DNA of 64,000 nucleotides, from assembly GCA_963806875.1 (NCBI GenBank), contig CAWDYU010000002.1, positions 145,426 through 209,425 on the forward strand, written 5' to 3'. Shown piece by piece: positions 41,122 to 49,476 of the stretch. Positions within the stretch are counted from its first letter, which is position 1, and each line of letters begins with the position of its first letter. Below the pieces are notes generated by a model, which saw only the letters and a list, made by a program, of their open reading frames with translations, did not search any database and had not been told where the DNA came from. A program made the position numbers and the translations under genes. The DNA comes from an uncultured Gemmatimonadales bacterium (lineage in GTDB: Bacteria; Gemmatimonadota; Gemmatimonadetes; Gemmatimonadales; GWC2-71-9).

Positions 41122-41564
41122 CCCGCGCGTGGGCGGTATCCATCACGGTGATTGCCGCGTTCGGGCTCCACGGATGCGCGTCGGTGCAGGGCGGATCCGG
41201 TCATGATCGAGTGCCCGCCGGTCTCAGCGGCGCTTTCGAGGATGACTACTCCCAGCGTTACGTGATCAACGACACCCTGTGGCAGCAGGGTGGCGCCGCC
41301 CGGTATCACGTGGTGCGGTGGGACGCCGCCGGGCGGTTTGCGATCGCCCGCAACGACTCGCGCAACCCTGGTGACGGCGGCATGTGGACCCGAATCGACT
41401 GGGTGCAGCTTCCGCTGCAGGTTCCTTTCACATGGGGTTACTGCTACACCGTTTACCGGGCGAAATCGGCAGCGGAGGCAAGCGCCGCACCGCCCGCCGA
41501 TGGCGCCAATCCCCGAACGGGATGCAATGGATTCCCGTTCACCAGGATGCGTCAGATACGGTGA
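41103..41564 (+). CDS. Hypothetical lipoprotein
   Basis: Signal plus lipobox AWAVSITVIAAFGLHGC. No recognisable domain. The GTG start overlaps the methyltransferase-like gene by 19 nt. Confidence 0.5.
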   Translation: MDAARVTRAWAVSITVIAAFGLHGCASVQGGSGHDRVPAGLSGAFEDDYSQRYVINDTLWQQGGAARYHVVRWDAAGRFAIARNDSRNPGDGGMWTRIDWVQLPLQVPFTWGYCYTVYRAKSAAEASAAPPADGANPRTGCNGFPFTRMRQIR

Positions 41565-41607
41565 ACCATCCCGCACGCCGCACGGTTTTCCGGGATGCGC
41601 GTTCTGG

Positions 41608-42267
41608 TCAGCTGCACCCGGACCCGGTGTTGCACGCGTACAGGTACGCGCCGTACACCCCGAGCAGGGCGATGGCATCGGCGAGGATTGCGAACCGCCC
41701 CGGCTTGCTGCCCAGGCGCACGCCGGCGAAGACTGCGATGCGATCAAACTCCTGGTACTCGAACTCTTCGGGAAAGTTGGGGCCGGCCACGTGATGTCGG
41801 TAACCGCCGAACCGCAAGCTCCCGCCGATGCGATCTTTGTGCATCACCGCCAGTTCGACCGTGACCGGACTTGGCCCGGGCCCACTTCTGCTGAGGAGAT
41901 ACTGCGGGGTGACGTCGACCGACACCGTTGGCGTCGCGTCCCACTTCAGCCGCGGCCCGATCCCGAAAAAGAACTCCGAGTCCAGCCCCGCCGTCCCGAT
42001 GATGCCCACCCCGACGCGGGGGGTGACCGGGGTCAGGAATCCGAGGGAGGCGGTGATGTTTCCCCACGGCGGTCCGCCGAAACTGGTGCGGCCGTTGGTG
42101 CTGTTGGTCAGGCGAAGGCCATAGGTTCCCTCGGTGACGAACTCGACCTGACGCTCCGCCTGGGCGGAGACCTGCGGAGCCCATCCGGCGAGCAGCGCCG
42201 CGGCAACGAATACAGCGGCGCGCCGGGCGGGCCGCCAACGCGCAAGCATCAAGGCTGACAGCGACAT
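41608..42267 (-). CDS. Hypothetical secreted protein (beta-rich) with a C-terminal hydrophobic helix and a Cys-containing tail
   Basis: Signal peptide ending APQVSAQA. Alternating beta-strand-like segments. C-terminus FAILADAIALLGVYGAYLYACNTGSGCS. Confidence 0.45.
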   Translation of the reverse strand: MSLSALMLARWRPARRAAVFVAAALLAGWAPQVSAQAERQVEFVTEGTYGLRLTNSTNGRTSFGGPPWGNITASLGFLTPVTPRVGVGIIGTAGLDSEFFFGIGPRLKWDATPTVSVDVTPQYLLSRSGPGPSPVTVELAVMHKDRIGGSLRFGGYRHHVAGPNFPEEFEYQEFDRIAVFAGVRLGSKPGRFAILADAIALLGVYGAYLYACNTGSGCS

Positions 42268-42336
42268 GTCACCTCACCAGTCTGGAATGAACCACCCAAC
42301 CTGCACCCAACTCTAGTCATACAGGGAGGCGTCGTC

Positions 42337-43872
42337 ATGATGCGCACCGTGGGCCAATCGTCTCTCCTCCTCGTCCTCGTCCTGATCGCACCCGGCAAGC
42401 CGGGCGTGGCCCAGAACCCGACGGGGGACGTGATCGCGCGGATTCGTGCGGAGGGGCTGCAGCATTCCCGCGTGATGGACATCGAGAGTTACATGACGGA
42501 TGTGCTCGGTGCCCGGCTCACGCTGTCGCGGGACATGCAGCGCGCCCAGGTGTGGGCCCGCGCCGAGATGGGACGAATCGGCCTCGTGAACATCGTCGCC
42601 GAACCGTTCATGGACTTCGGCGTCACATGGGACAACGAGTACGTGTCAGTACACATGATCGAGCCGGACTACTCGCCGATGGTGGCCTATCCGATTGCGC
42701 ACACACCCGGGACGGACGGCCGTCAGTCCGGACGCGCCGTGATCGTCGATATCGCCACCCGTGCCGACATGGAGCGAGTGCGCGGCACGCTTCGCGGGTT
42801 GGTGGCGCTCACCACGCCGCCGGTCGCGATCGACATTGCTGCCATGACCCGGGGCGTGCCCCGCCGCACCGAGGCGGAACTCAGGGAACTGGAGCGCACG
42901 GTGATCGCACCTGCGCGGCCCGCTGCAGCGCGAACCGTGCGCAACGCCGAGTTGGTGACGGCGGAGGAACGAATGGCATTTCTGCGCGCCGAAGGTGTGC
43001 TCGCCGTGCTCCAGAGCGAGAGCGGTTGGCTCGGCGCGGTTCGGGGTTTCTCGCGACCCGGCTCGCGCGGCGACCAGTGGTCCCGTGCAGGCAACCTCGC
43101 CGCGCCCGTCATCATTGCGGTCACCCCCGAGCACTACAACCGGATGTACCGGATCCTGAAGCGGGATATCGCGGTGACGGTCGAGGTCGAGGTGCGCAAC
43201 CGGATGGGCGACGCCGTCGAATCGGCGGTGAACCTGACCGGAGAGATCACCGGCACCGACCTGCGCGATGAAGTGGTGATGATCGGTGCGCACTTCGACA
43301 CCTGGCACGCGTCCCCGAACGCCAGCGACAACACATCGGGTGTGGCCGTCGTGCTCGAGGCGATGCGAATCCTGAAAGCGGTGGGCGCCACGCCGCGTCG
43401 CACCATTCGGGTCGCGCTCTGGGCGGGCGAGGAGCAGGGGCTCTTCGGGTCGCGGGCGTATGTCGCGAGACATTTCGGCAGCAGCTCGAACCCGAAGCCC
43501 GGCCACGCCAGGCTGTCGGCGTACTTCAACCAGGACTACGGATCGGGCCAGTACCTCGGGATCTACCTGCAAGGGAATGAAGCCGCCCGGTCGATGTTCA
43601 CCGCGTGGATGGAGCCATTCCGTGACATGGGCATGACGACGATCTCGAACCAGGGCGTCGGGAGTACCGATCACATCGCATTCGACGAGGCTGGGCTGCC
43701 CGGTTTCCAGTTCCTGCAGGACCGCACGCCCGGTCAGGGCGGCCATACCAATCTCGACTTCTTCGATACGATCCAGGCCGAGGACCTGATGAAGAATGCA
43801 GTCATCATGGCTGCGTTCGCGTATCAGGCAGCCATGACCGACTCGCCCGTCCCCCGCAAATCCTCGCGCTGA
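42337..43872 (+). CDS. Secreted M28-family peptidase with a PA-like insert
   Basis: AGGGAGG RBS and a signal peptide. GAHFDTWH, ASDNTSGVAVVLE, WAGEEQGLFGS, and GSTDHIAF motifs. Confidence 0.85.
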   Translation: MMRTVGQSSLLLVLVLIAPGKPGVAQNPTGDVIARIRAEGLQHSRVMDIESYMTDVLGARLTLSRDMQRAQVWARAEMGRIGLVNIVAEPFMDFGVTWDNEYVSVHMIEPDYSPMVAYPIAHTPGTDGRQSGRAVIVDIATRADMERVRGTLRGLVALTTPPVAIDIAAMTRGVPRRTEAELRELERTVIAPARPAAARTVRNAELVTAEERMAFLRAEGVLAVLQSESGWLGAVRGFSRPGSRGDQWSRAGNLAAPVIIAVTPEHYNRMYRILKRDIAVTVEVEVRNRMGDAVESAVNLTGEITGTDLRDEVVMIGAHFDTWHASPNASDNTSGVAVVLEAMRILKAVGATPRRTIRVALWAGEEQGLFGSRAYVARHFGSSSNPKPGHARLSAYFNQDYGSGQYLGIYLQGNEAARSMFTAWMEPFRDMGMTTISNQGVGSTDHIAFDEAGLPGFQFLQDRTPGQGGHTNLDFFDTIQAEDLMKNAVIMAAFAYQAAMTDSPVPRKSSR

Positions 43873-44004
43873 CCCCGGCGGTACGTCGATTGCAAGGAAA
43901 CGGGGCAGCACGGCTGCTCTGCCGTCGGGCGGTGCCACGCGTGGCGCCCGACCGGAAGCCGGGTGGGGGTTCGGTTCGCAAACTGCGATATCTGCGAGGC
44001 GCCG

Positions 44005-45105
44005 GTGAGCAACGTGGCAATTTTCAACTCAGTGCTGAAGAAGGCGCTCGAGATCGGAGCCTCCGACGTCCATGTCTCGGCCGGGGGACCTTTCCGGATG
44101 CGGATCCGCGGACGGATGACGCCAGTCGCGGGAGTCGAGCTGTTGACTGCCGTCGAGACGGCGGAGATCACGGCGATGATCGTCGCCGCCGCTCGAAAGA
44201 TCAGCCTCGAGGACGCGACCCAGGTCGTGAACAGCCTGAAGGACTATGACTGTTCCTACTCGGTTCCGGCTGTCGGACGGTTCCGGGTGAATCTGTGCAG
44301 CCAGCGGGGTTCGCTCTCTGTGGTGCTCCGGAGCATCGCCGCCGAGATCCCGTCGTTCGGCGATCTCGGCCTGCCGGAGGTGATGCAGGAGATCGCCATG
44401 GAGGAGCGCGGGCTCGTGCTGCTCACGGGGACCACCGGGTCGGGCAAGTCGTCCACGCTTGCGGCGCTGATCGGGTATGTCAACTCCCAGAAGGCCGGAA
44501 AGATCGTGACCATCGAGGACCCGATCGAGTTCCTCCACCGCGACAATCTGTCGAACGTCATCCAGCGCGAGATCGGCGGTGACACGGATTCCTTCGACGC
44601 GGCGTTGCGCGCGGCGCTGCGGCAGGACCCCGACATCATCCTCGTGGGCGAGATGCGGGACCGCGCCACCATCGACATCGCCCTCAAGGCGGCCGAAACC
44701 GGTCACCTCGTCTTCAGCACGGTGCACACCACCGATGCCCAGCGTACCATCGCCCGGCTGGTGTCGGTGTTCGATGCCACGGAGCAGGCCGGTACCCGCC
44801 TCAGGCTCTCGGAGTCGCTCCGTGCCGTGGTGTCGCAGCGATTGTTGCCGCGGAAGGATGGGGCGGGGCGCGTGGTGGCCGTCGAGGTCATGCGGAACAC
44901 GGCCACGATCGCCGACTGCATCGCCAACACCGAGCGCTCGTCGGAAATCCGGGATCACATCGCGGAGGGCAGGGCGCAATACGGGATGCAGACCTTCGAC
45001 CAGCACCTGATGGAGTTGTACACCTCGGACCAGCTGACCCTGGAGGTGGCACGGGGCGCGGCCACGAGTCCGGCGGACTTCGAGAGGAATCTGGCGTTTC
45101 AGTGA
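44005..45105 (+). CDS. pilT: Type IV pilus retraction ATPase PilT (twitching motility)
   Basis: GASDVHVSAG, Walker A GTTGSGKSST, DPIEF, Walker B/Asp box ILVGEMRD, and His box TGHLVFSTVHT. Start is GTG 44005 or 44014. Confidence 0.88.
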   Translation: MSNVAIFNSVLKKALEIGASDVHVSAGGPFRMRIRGRMTPVAGVELLTAVETAEITAMIVAAARKISLEDATQVVNSLKDYDCSYSVPAVGRFRVNLCSQRGSLSVVLRSIAAEIPSFGDLGLPEVMQEIAMEERGLVLLTGTTGSGKSSTLAALIGYVNSQKAGKIVTIEDPIEFLHRDNLSNVIQREIGGDTDSFDAALRAALRQDPDIILVGEMRDRATIDIALKAAETGHLVFSTVHTTDAQRTIARLVSVFDATEQAGTRLRLSESLRAVVSQRLLPRKDGAGRVVAVEVMRNTATIADCIANTERSSEIRDHIAEGRAQYGMQTFDQHLMELYTSDQLTLEVARGAATSPADFERNLAFQ

Positions 45106-45124
45106 GTGGGTGGGTCTGGGTGCA

Positions 45125-45233
45125 ACTGGGTGACAGGTAACAGGTAACAGTCACGTGGGCGAAGGCGGCCGACATCCCATCGATGTCGGCCGCCTTGCTT
45201 GGCGCCGCTGTCACCTGTCACCTGTCACCCAGT
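45125..45233. repeat. Nested inverted-repeat element: 26-nt arms made of three tandem heptads, flanking a 14-bp-stem hairpin
   Basis: Left arm 45125-45150 (GTGACAG GTAACAG GTAACAG). Right arm 45208-45233 (CTGTCAC x3). The arms are 24/26 complementary. Inner hairpin at 45162-45196: aaggcggccgacat-cccatcg-atgtcggccgcctt. Confidence 0.8.
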
Positions 45234-45268
45234 TCGGGTGTGACTGGCCGGAGGAACAACGGGTGTCC

Positions 45269-45829
45269 CTACAACCTCGGCAACGTCACCCCGCGCTGCT
45301 TCTGGTACTTCCCCTTCTTGTCGGCGTAACTCACTTCGCAGTTGTCGTCGTCATCCGCCTCGAAGAACAACACCTGACAGATCCCCTCGTTGGCATAGAT
45401 CCGCGCCGGGAGCGGCGTCGTGTTGCTGATCTCGAGCGTCACGTGTCCCTCCCACTCCGGCTCGAACGGCGTGACGTTGGTGATGATGCCGCACCGCGCA
45501 TAGGTCGACTTGCCGACACAGATCGTGAGCACGTTGCGCGGGATGCGGAAATACTCGACGGAGCGAGCCAGCGCGAAGGAGTTGGGCGGAACGATGCAGA
45601 CCTCTCCCTGGAACTCGACGAGGCTGCGATTGTCGAACTTCTTCGGGTCGACCACGGCCGACAGCACGTTCGTGAAGATCTGGAACTCATCCGCCACCCG
45701 CATGTCGTAGCCATACGAGGAGACGCCGTAGGAGATGGCGCCGTCCCGCACCTGACCGTCAACGAACGGCTCGATCATGCCCTTTTCGGTGGCCATCCGG
45801 CGAATCCAGCGGTCCGACTTGATCGACAT
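45269..45829 (-). CDS. dcd: dCTP deaminase
   Basis: [13 protein letters not shown]..., [24 protein letters not shown], and [23 protein letters not shown]. Start at ATG 45829 inside the longer ORF. Confidence 0.92.
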   Translation of the reverse strand: MSIKSDRWIRRMATEKGMIEPFVDGQVRDGAISYGVSSYGYDMRVADEFQIFTNVLSAVVDPKKFDNRSLVEFQGEVCIVPPNSFALARSVEYFRIPRNVLTICVGKSTYARCGIITNVTPFEPEWEGHVTLEISNTTPLPARIYANEGICQVLFFEADDDDNCEVSYADKKGKYQKQRGVTLPRL

Positions 45830-45972
45830 GCAGCCTTCCGGGAGGAGGTGGAGCGGTGGGGTGATCGGGGCGCAATATACCGGCAGCCCCCCACCGGCGC
45901 ACCCGGTCGATCCGGGCCTCAAGTTGGCGCAGGTACGATGGTTATCCGGCTTGCCGGGAGTGGGCTGGCGAG

Positions 45973-46003
45973 TTGAAATCACCCTCGTCCGGCGGTAGGT
46001 TTG
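45973..46003 (+). promoter_or_regulatory. Candidate nuo operon promoter (TTG-N20-TAGGTTTG)
   Basis: TTG at 45973-45975, a 20-nt spacer, then an exact TAnnTTTG octamer at 45996-46003, 31 nt upstream of the nuoA GTG. Confidence 0.45.
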
Positions 46004-46010
46004 CCGAGGT

Positions 46011-46026
46011 TGTGAAATATTTCACG
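46011..46026. promoter_or_regulatory. Candidate operator: CRP/FNR-like palindrome TGTGAAATATTTCACG
   Basis: Perfect 14-bp palindrome GTGAAATATTTCAC at 46012-46025. It matches TGTGA-N6-TCACA at 9 of 10 positions. It lies between the promoter octamer and the GAGGA RBS of nuoA. Confidence 0.45.
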
Positions 46027-46033
46027 AGGATGG

Positions 46034-46405
46034 GTGACCGTGCTGCAGCCCTACATCCCGGTGCTCATGCTGCTGGTCTTCGCGGCAGCCAATGCCGTGC
46101 TGATTCTCGGAATTTCCGCGGTCTTCTCCAATTACCGTCCGACCGCCGTCAAGAGTGCCCCGTATGAGTCCGGGATGCCGGTGCTGGGCGACGCCCGTGA
46201 GCGGTTTTCGGTCAAGTTCTACCTCGTCGCCATGCTGTTCATCATCTTCGATATCGAGACGGTGTACATGATCCCGTGGGCGGTGGCGTTCAGCCAGCTT
46301 CCCGAGATGAGCGGCGTCCTGCTGCTCGAGATGCTGACCTTCGTCGGGATCCTTGGCGTCGGGTATGTCTACATCTGGAAACGGGGTGCACTGCAATGGG
46401 ACTGA
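46034..46405 (+). CDS. nuoA: NADH-quinone oxidoreductase subunit A
   Basis: Three transmembrane helices, with [32 protein letters not shown]. Confidence 0.93.
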   Translation: MTVLQPYIPVLMLLVFAAANAVLILGISAVFSNYRPTAVKSAPYESGMPVLGDARERFSVKFYLVAMLFIIFDIETVYMIPWAVAFSQLPEMSGVLLLEMLTFVGILGVGYVYIWKRGALQWD

Positions 46406-47010
46406 CGCCGCCGCCCGATGATGCCTCCATCGAGTCGATGTCACCCAACTGGGTGACCACCCGGCTCGACTCCCTCACCGGGTGGGCGCGCTCGAGTTCG
46501 CTCTGGCCGATGCCGTTCGGCACGGCGTGCTGCGCCATCGAGTTCATGGCGACCGCGGCGTCGCGATTCGACATCGCCCGCTTCGGAATGGAGCGGATGA
46601 GTTTCTCGCCCCGGCAGGCCGATGTCCTGATCTGCGCCGGCCGTCTGCCGTTCAAGCTGGCCCCGGTGATCCGTCGGATCTGGGACCAGATGCCGCAGCC
46701 CAAGTGGGCAATCTCGATGGGCGCCTGCGCGTCCACGGGCGGCATTTTCGACAACTACTCGATGGTGCAGGGCATCGACACCATCATCCCGGTCGATGTC
46801 TACGTGCCCGGCTGCCCCCCACGGCCGGAAGGGCTGCTGTACGGGATCATGTTGCTGCACAAGAAAATTTCCGGGGAATCGCTCTTCGACCCGACGCTGC
46901 GCGTGGAACACCTGATGGGCCCGGACGGCCTCTTCCGTCGCCCCGAGCAGATCGACGAAGTCTCCGAACCTTTCGGCAACTCGGTGCACCAGACCCGGTC
47001 GTCGTCGTGA
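46396..47010 (+). CDS. nuoB: NADH-quinone oxidoreductase subunit B
   Basis: [19 protein letters not shown], and VPGCPPRPE (N2 cluster ligands). Confidence 0.95.
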   Translation: MGLTPPPDDASIESMSPNWVTTRLDSLTGWARSSSLWPMPFGTACCAIEFMATAASRFDIARFGMERMSFSPRQADVLICAGRLPFKLAPVIRRIWDQMPQPKWAISMGACASTGGIFDNYSMVQGIDTIIPVDVYVPGCPPRPEGLLYGIMLLHKKISGESLFDPTLRVEHLMGPDGLFRRPEQIDEVSEPFGNSVHQTRSSS

Positions 47011-47699
47011 CAGTGCCTGCGGGCGCGCCGATCGCGGCCGTGGCCGGGACCGCCAATCAGTCGCCGACCGCCCGGTATCAGGGTGTGGTGCCCGATGCCA
47101 CGCTGTCGCCGATGCGGGAGCGGTTCGGTGCCGCGATCGAGCGCGTCGTGCTGTCGTGCGGACAATCATCGGTGTACGTCGCTGCCCACGCCGCACACGC
47201 GGTGCTGGAATGGCTCCGCGATGACCCCGACCAGCATTTCGACTACCTGACCGACCTGACGTGCGTCGAGTATCGCGATCTCGAGTTGCCATTCGAGGTG
47301 GTGTACCAGCTCCGCTCGTTGACCCGCCGGGCGGATTTGCGCATCAAGATCGCGCTGGACGGTGACGGCCCCCTCGAGGTGGCGAGCGTCGTCGACCTGT
47401 GGATCGGCGCCAACTGGCTCGAACGCGAGGCGTACGACATGTTCGGGGTGGTGTTTCGTGGGCATCCCGATCCCCGCCGGATCCTGATGTGGGACACCTA
47501 CCAGGAGGGGCATCCGCTGCGGAAGTCGTTTCCCCTCCGGGGCCGGTTTTCCCGCGCCGAACAGACGCGACAGGCACTCGCCGCCAATCCCGAAGCGCAC
47601 TATTCGATGGAGGAGCTGTCGATCGCCGAGGCGTACGGCGACCTCCCGCGCGACATGCAGGAGCGTCTCGACGCCGGCGAGCGTGGGGTGGTGCGGTGA
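47007..47699 (+). CDS. nuoC: NADH-quinone oxidoreductase subunit C
   Basis: [30 protein letters not shown], and RKSFPLRG. Confidence 0.92.
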   Translation: MTVPAGAPIAAVAGTANQSPTARYQGVVPDATLSPMRERFGAAIERVVLSCGQSSVYVAAHAAHAVLEWLRDDPDQHFDYLTDLTCVEYRDLELPFEVVYQLRSLTRRADLRIKIALDGDGPLEVASVVDLWIGANWLEREAYDMFGVVFRGHPDPRRILMWDTYQEGHPLRKSFPLRGRFSRAEQTRQALAANPEAHYSMEELSIAEAYGDLPRDMQERLDAGERGVVR

Positions 47700-48979
47700 G
47701 CCGGCTGGTCGAGATGCAGCTGAGCACGCCGGGCGTCGACCGTCGGGGCGAGATCCGCCAGGTGCCGCTCGGCGTGCAGCGCCGCCCCAGCGAGTCGGTG
47801 CACGACGATTTCGGCGCGGAGCACATGCTGATCAACATCGGCCCGCAGCACCCGGCCACGCATGGCGTGCTCCGGCTCGTCGTTGAACTCGAGGGCGAGA
47901 CGGTGAAGCGGGTGATCCCGCACATCGGCTACCTGCATTCCGGCTTCGAGAAACTGGGCGAGTACCGGCACTACAACCAGATCATCCCGCTCACCGATCG
48001 CACCGACTACCTGTCACCGATGGCGAACAACGTCGCCTTCGCCCTCGCGGTCGAGGCGCTGCTCGGCATCGAGGTGACCGAGCGGTGCCGGCTGCTCCGC
48101 GTGATCGCGTGCGAGCTGTCCCGGATCATCTCCCACCTCGTGTGGGCCGGCACCACCGGGATCGATCTCGGCGCGATGACGCCGTTCCTGTGGATGTTCG
48201 AGCAGCGCGAACGCGTGTACAATCTCCAGGAAGCCTGGACGGGCGCGCGCCTGACGACGAGCATGACCCGCGTGGGCGGTCTCATGGCCGACATTCCCGA
48301 CGGCTGGGAAAAGGGGCTGCGCGAGTTCCTCCGTGACTTCCCGCGCACGTTGCGCGAGGTCGACACGATGTTCTCGCGCAACGGGATCTGGGTGGGCCGC
48401 ACGCAGGGCGTAGGCGTCATCTCCGCAGCCGACGCCATCAACTTCTCGCTCTCCGGCCCGATGCTCCGCGCCAGTGGCGTTGCGTACGACGTCCGCAAGG
48501 ACCGTCCGTACCTCGGTTATGACGAGTTCGACTTCGACGTTCCGGTTGGCGAGCACGGCGACATCTATGATCGCTACATCGTGCGCCTCGAGGAGATGTT
48601 CCAGTCGGTCAGGATCCTCGAGCAGGCGATCGATCGCCTGCGCCCGGGCCCGATCAACGTTGCCGACCCCCGGTTGGTGCTGCCCGGCAAGTCCGCGGCA
48701 ATGAGCGACATGGAGGCGATGATCTTCCACTTCAAGCAGGTGATGGAAGGCATCCGCCCGCCGGCGGGCGAGGTCTACTTCGGGGTGGAAAACCCCAAGG
48801 GTGAGCTGGGGTACTACCTGGTGTCCGACGGCACCGCCAAACCGGTGCGCTGGCGCATTCGCCCGCCATCGTTCCTGAACCTTGCGGCGCTGCCGCAGTT
48901 GTGCGAGGGAGCCCTGTTGTCCGACGTGATCGCCATCAACGCCAGCGTGGATATCGTGATGGGAGAGATCGACCGGTGA
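47696..48979 (+). CDS. nuoD: NADH-quinone oxidoreductase subunit D
   Basis: NIGPQHPATHGVLRL, GYLHSGFEKL, and a C-terminus ending VMGEIDR. Confidence 0.95.
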   Translation: MSRLVEMQLSTPGVDRRGEIRQVPLGVQRRPSESVHDDFGAEHMLINIGPQHPATHGVLRLVVELEGETVKRVIPHIGYLHSGFEKLGEYRHYNQIIPLTDRTDYLSPMANNVAFALAVEALLGIEVTERCRLLRVIACELSRIISHLVWAGTTGIDLGAMTPFLWMFEQRERVYNLQEAWTGARLTTSMTRVGGLMADIPDGWEKGLREFLRDFPRTLREVDTMFSRNGIWVGRTQGVGVISAADAINFSLSGPMLRASGVAYDVRKDRPYLGYDEFDFDVPVGEHGDIYDRYIVRLEEMFQSVRILEQAIDRLRPGPINVADPRLVLPGKSAAMSDMEAMIFHFKQVMEGIRPPAGEVYFGVENPKGELGYYLVSDGTAKPVRWRIRPPSFLNLAALPQLCEGALLSDVIAINASVDIVMGEIDR

Positions 48980-49476
48980 ACGCCGAACCGACCGAGACGT
49001 ACCAGCCGGTGTTCGTGGGCGCGGTGCGCGACCGACTGGAGGCGCTGCAGGAGAGCTATCCCACGAGAATGGCGCTGCTTCTCCCGGCGCTCTGGATGGT
49101 GCAGGAAGAGCGTGGCTGGATCGGCGACCCCGCCGTGCACGAGGTCGCCACGGTCCTCGAGCTGACACCCGCCTACGTCCGCGGCGTGCTCACGTTCTAC
49201 ACGATGTATCACCAGCATCCCGTCGGCCGACATTTCATCCAGGTCTGCACCACGTCACCGTGCAACATCTGCGGCGCAGAGGATGTCGTTGCCGCGGTTC
49301 TCGCCGAGAGCGGATGTGGCGAGCTGGGTGCCACGTCCCCCGACGGACGGTTCACGGTGATCGAGGTCGAATGCCTCGGTGCGTGCGGCTTCGCGACGCC
49401 GATGCTGATCGATGATGACTTCATCGAGTCGGTGACGCCCGACACCGTGTCGGCCCTGCTTGCGCGGTATCCCTGA
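48976..49476 (+). CDS. nuoE: NADH-quinone oxidoreductase subunit E
   Basis: 2Fe-2S ligands in VCTTSPCNICGA ... VECLGACG. Confidence 0.93.
   Translation: MNAEPTETYQPVFVGAVRDRLEALQESYPTRMALLLPALWMVQEERGWIGDPAVHEVATVLELTPAYVRGVLTFYTMYHQHPVGRHFIQVCTTSPCNICGAEDVVAAVLAESGCGELGATSPDGRFTVIEVECLGACGFATPMLIDDDFIESVTPDTVSALLARYP

Noticed and set aside
36900-42300. The 36.9-42.3 kb patch (VOC, DUF1499, DAACS, DUF4332, TfoX-like, methyltransferase-like, lipoprotein, beta-rich protein) as a horizontally acquired island or defence locus.
   Set aside because: Apart from the 70-nt AT-rich promoter island, GC content and codon style match the surrounding core genes. There are no mobility genes, no flanking repeats, and no nuclease, ATPase or toxin-type domains.
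43934-43945. A perfect 12-bp GC-rich palindrome, GCCACGCGTGGC, about 60 nt upstream of pilT.
   Set aside because: Short GC-rich palindromes are expected fairly often by chance at this base composition. There is no second copy or partner motif in the window, so I cannot distinguish it from background.
45130-45228. The heptad repeats as a CRISPR array or mini-satellite.
   Set aside because: There are only three 7-nt units per arm, with no spacers, and the arms are mutually inverted. The structure is a palindrome, not a repeat-spacer array.
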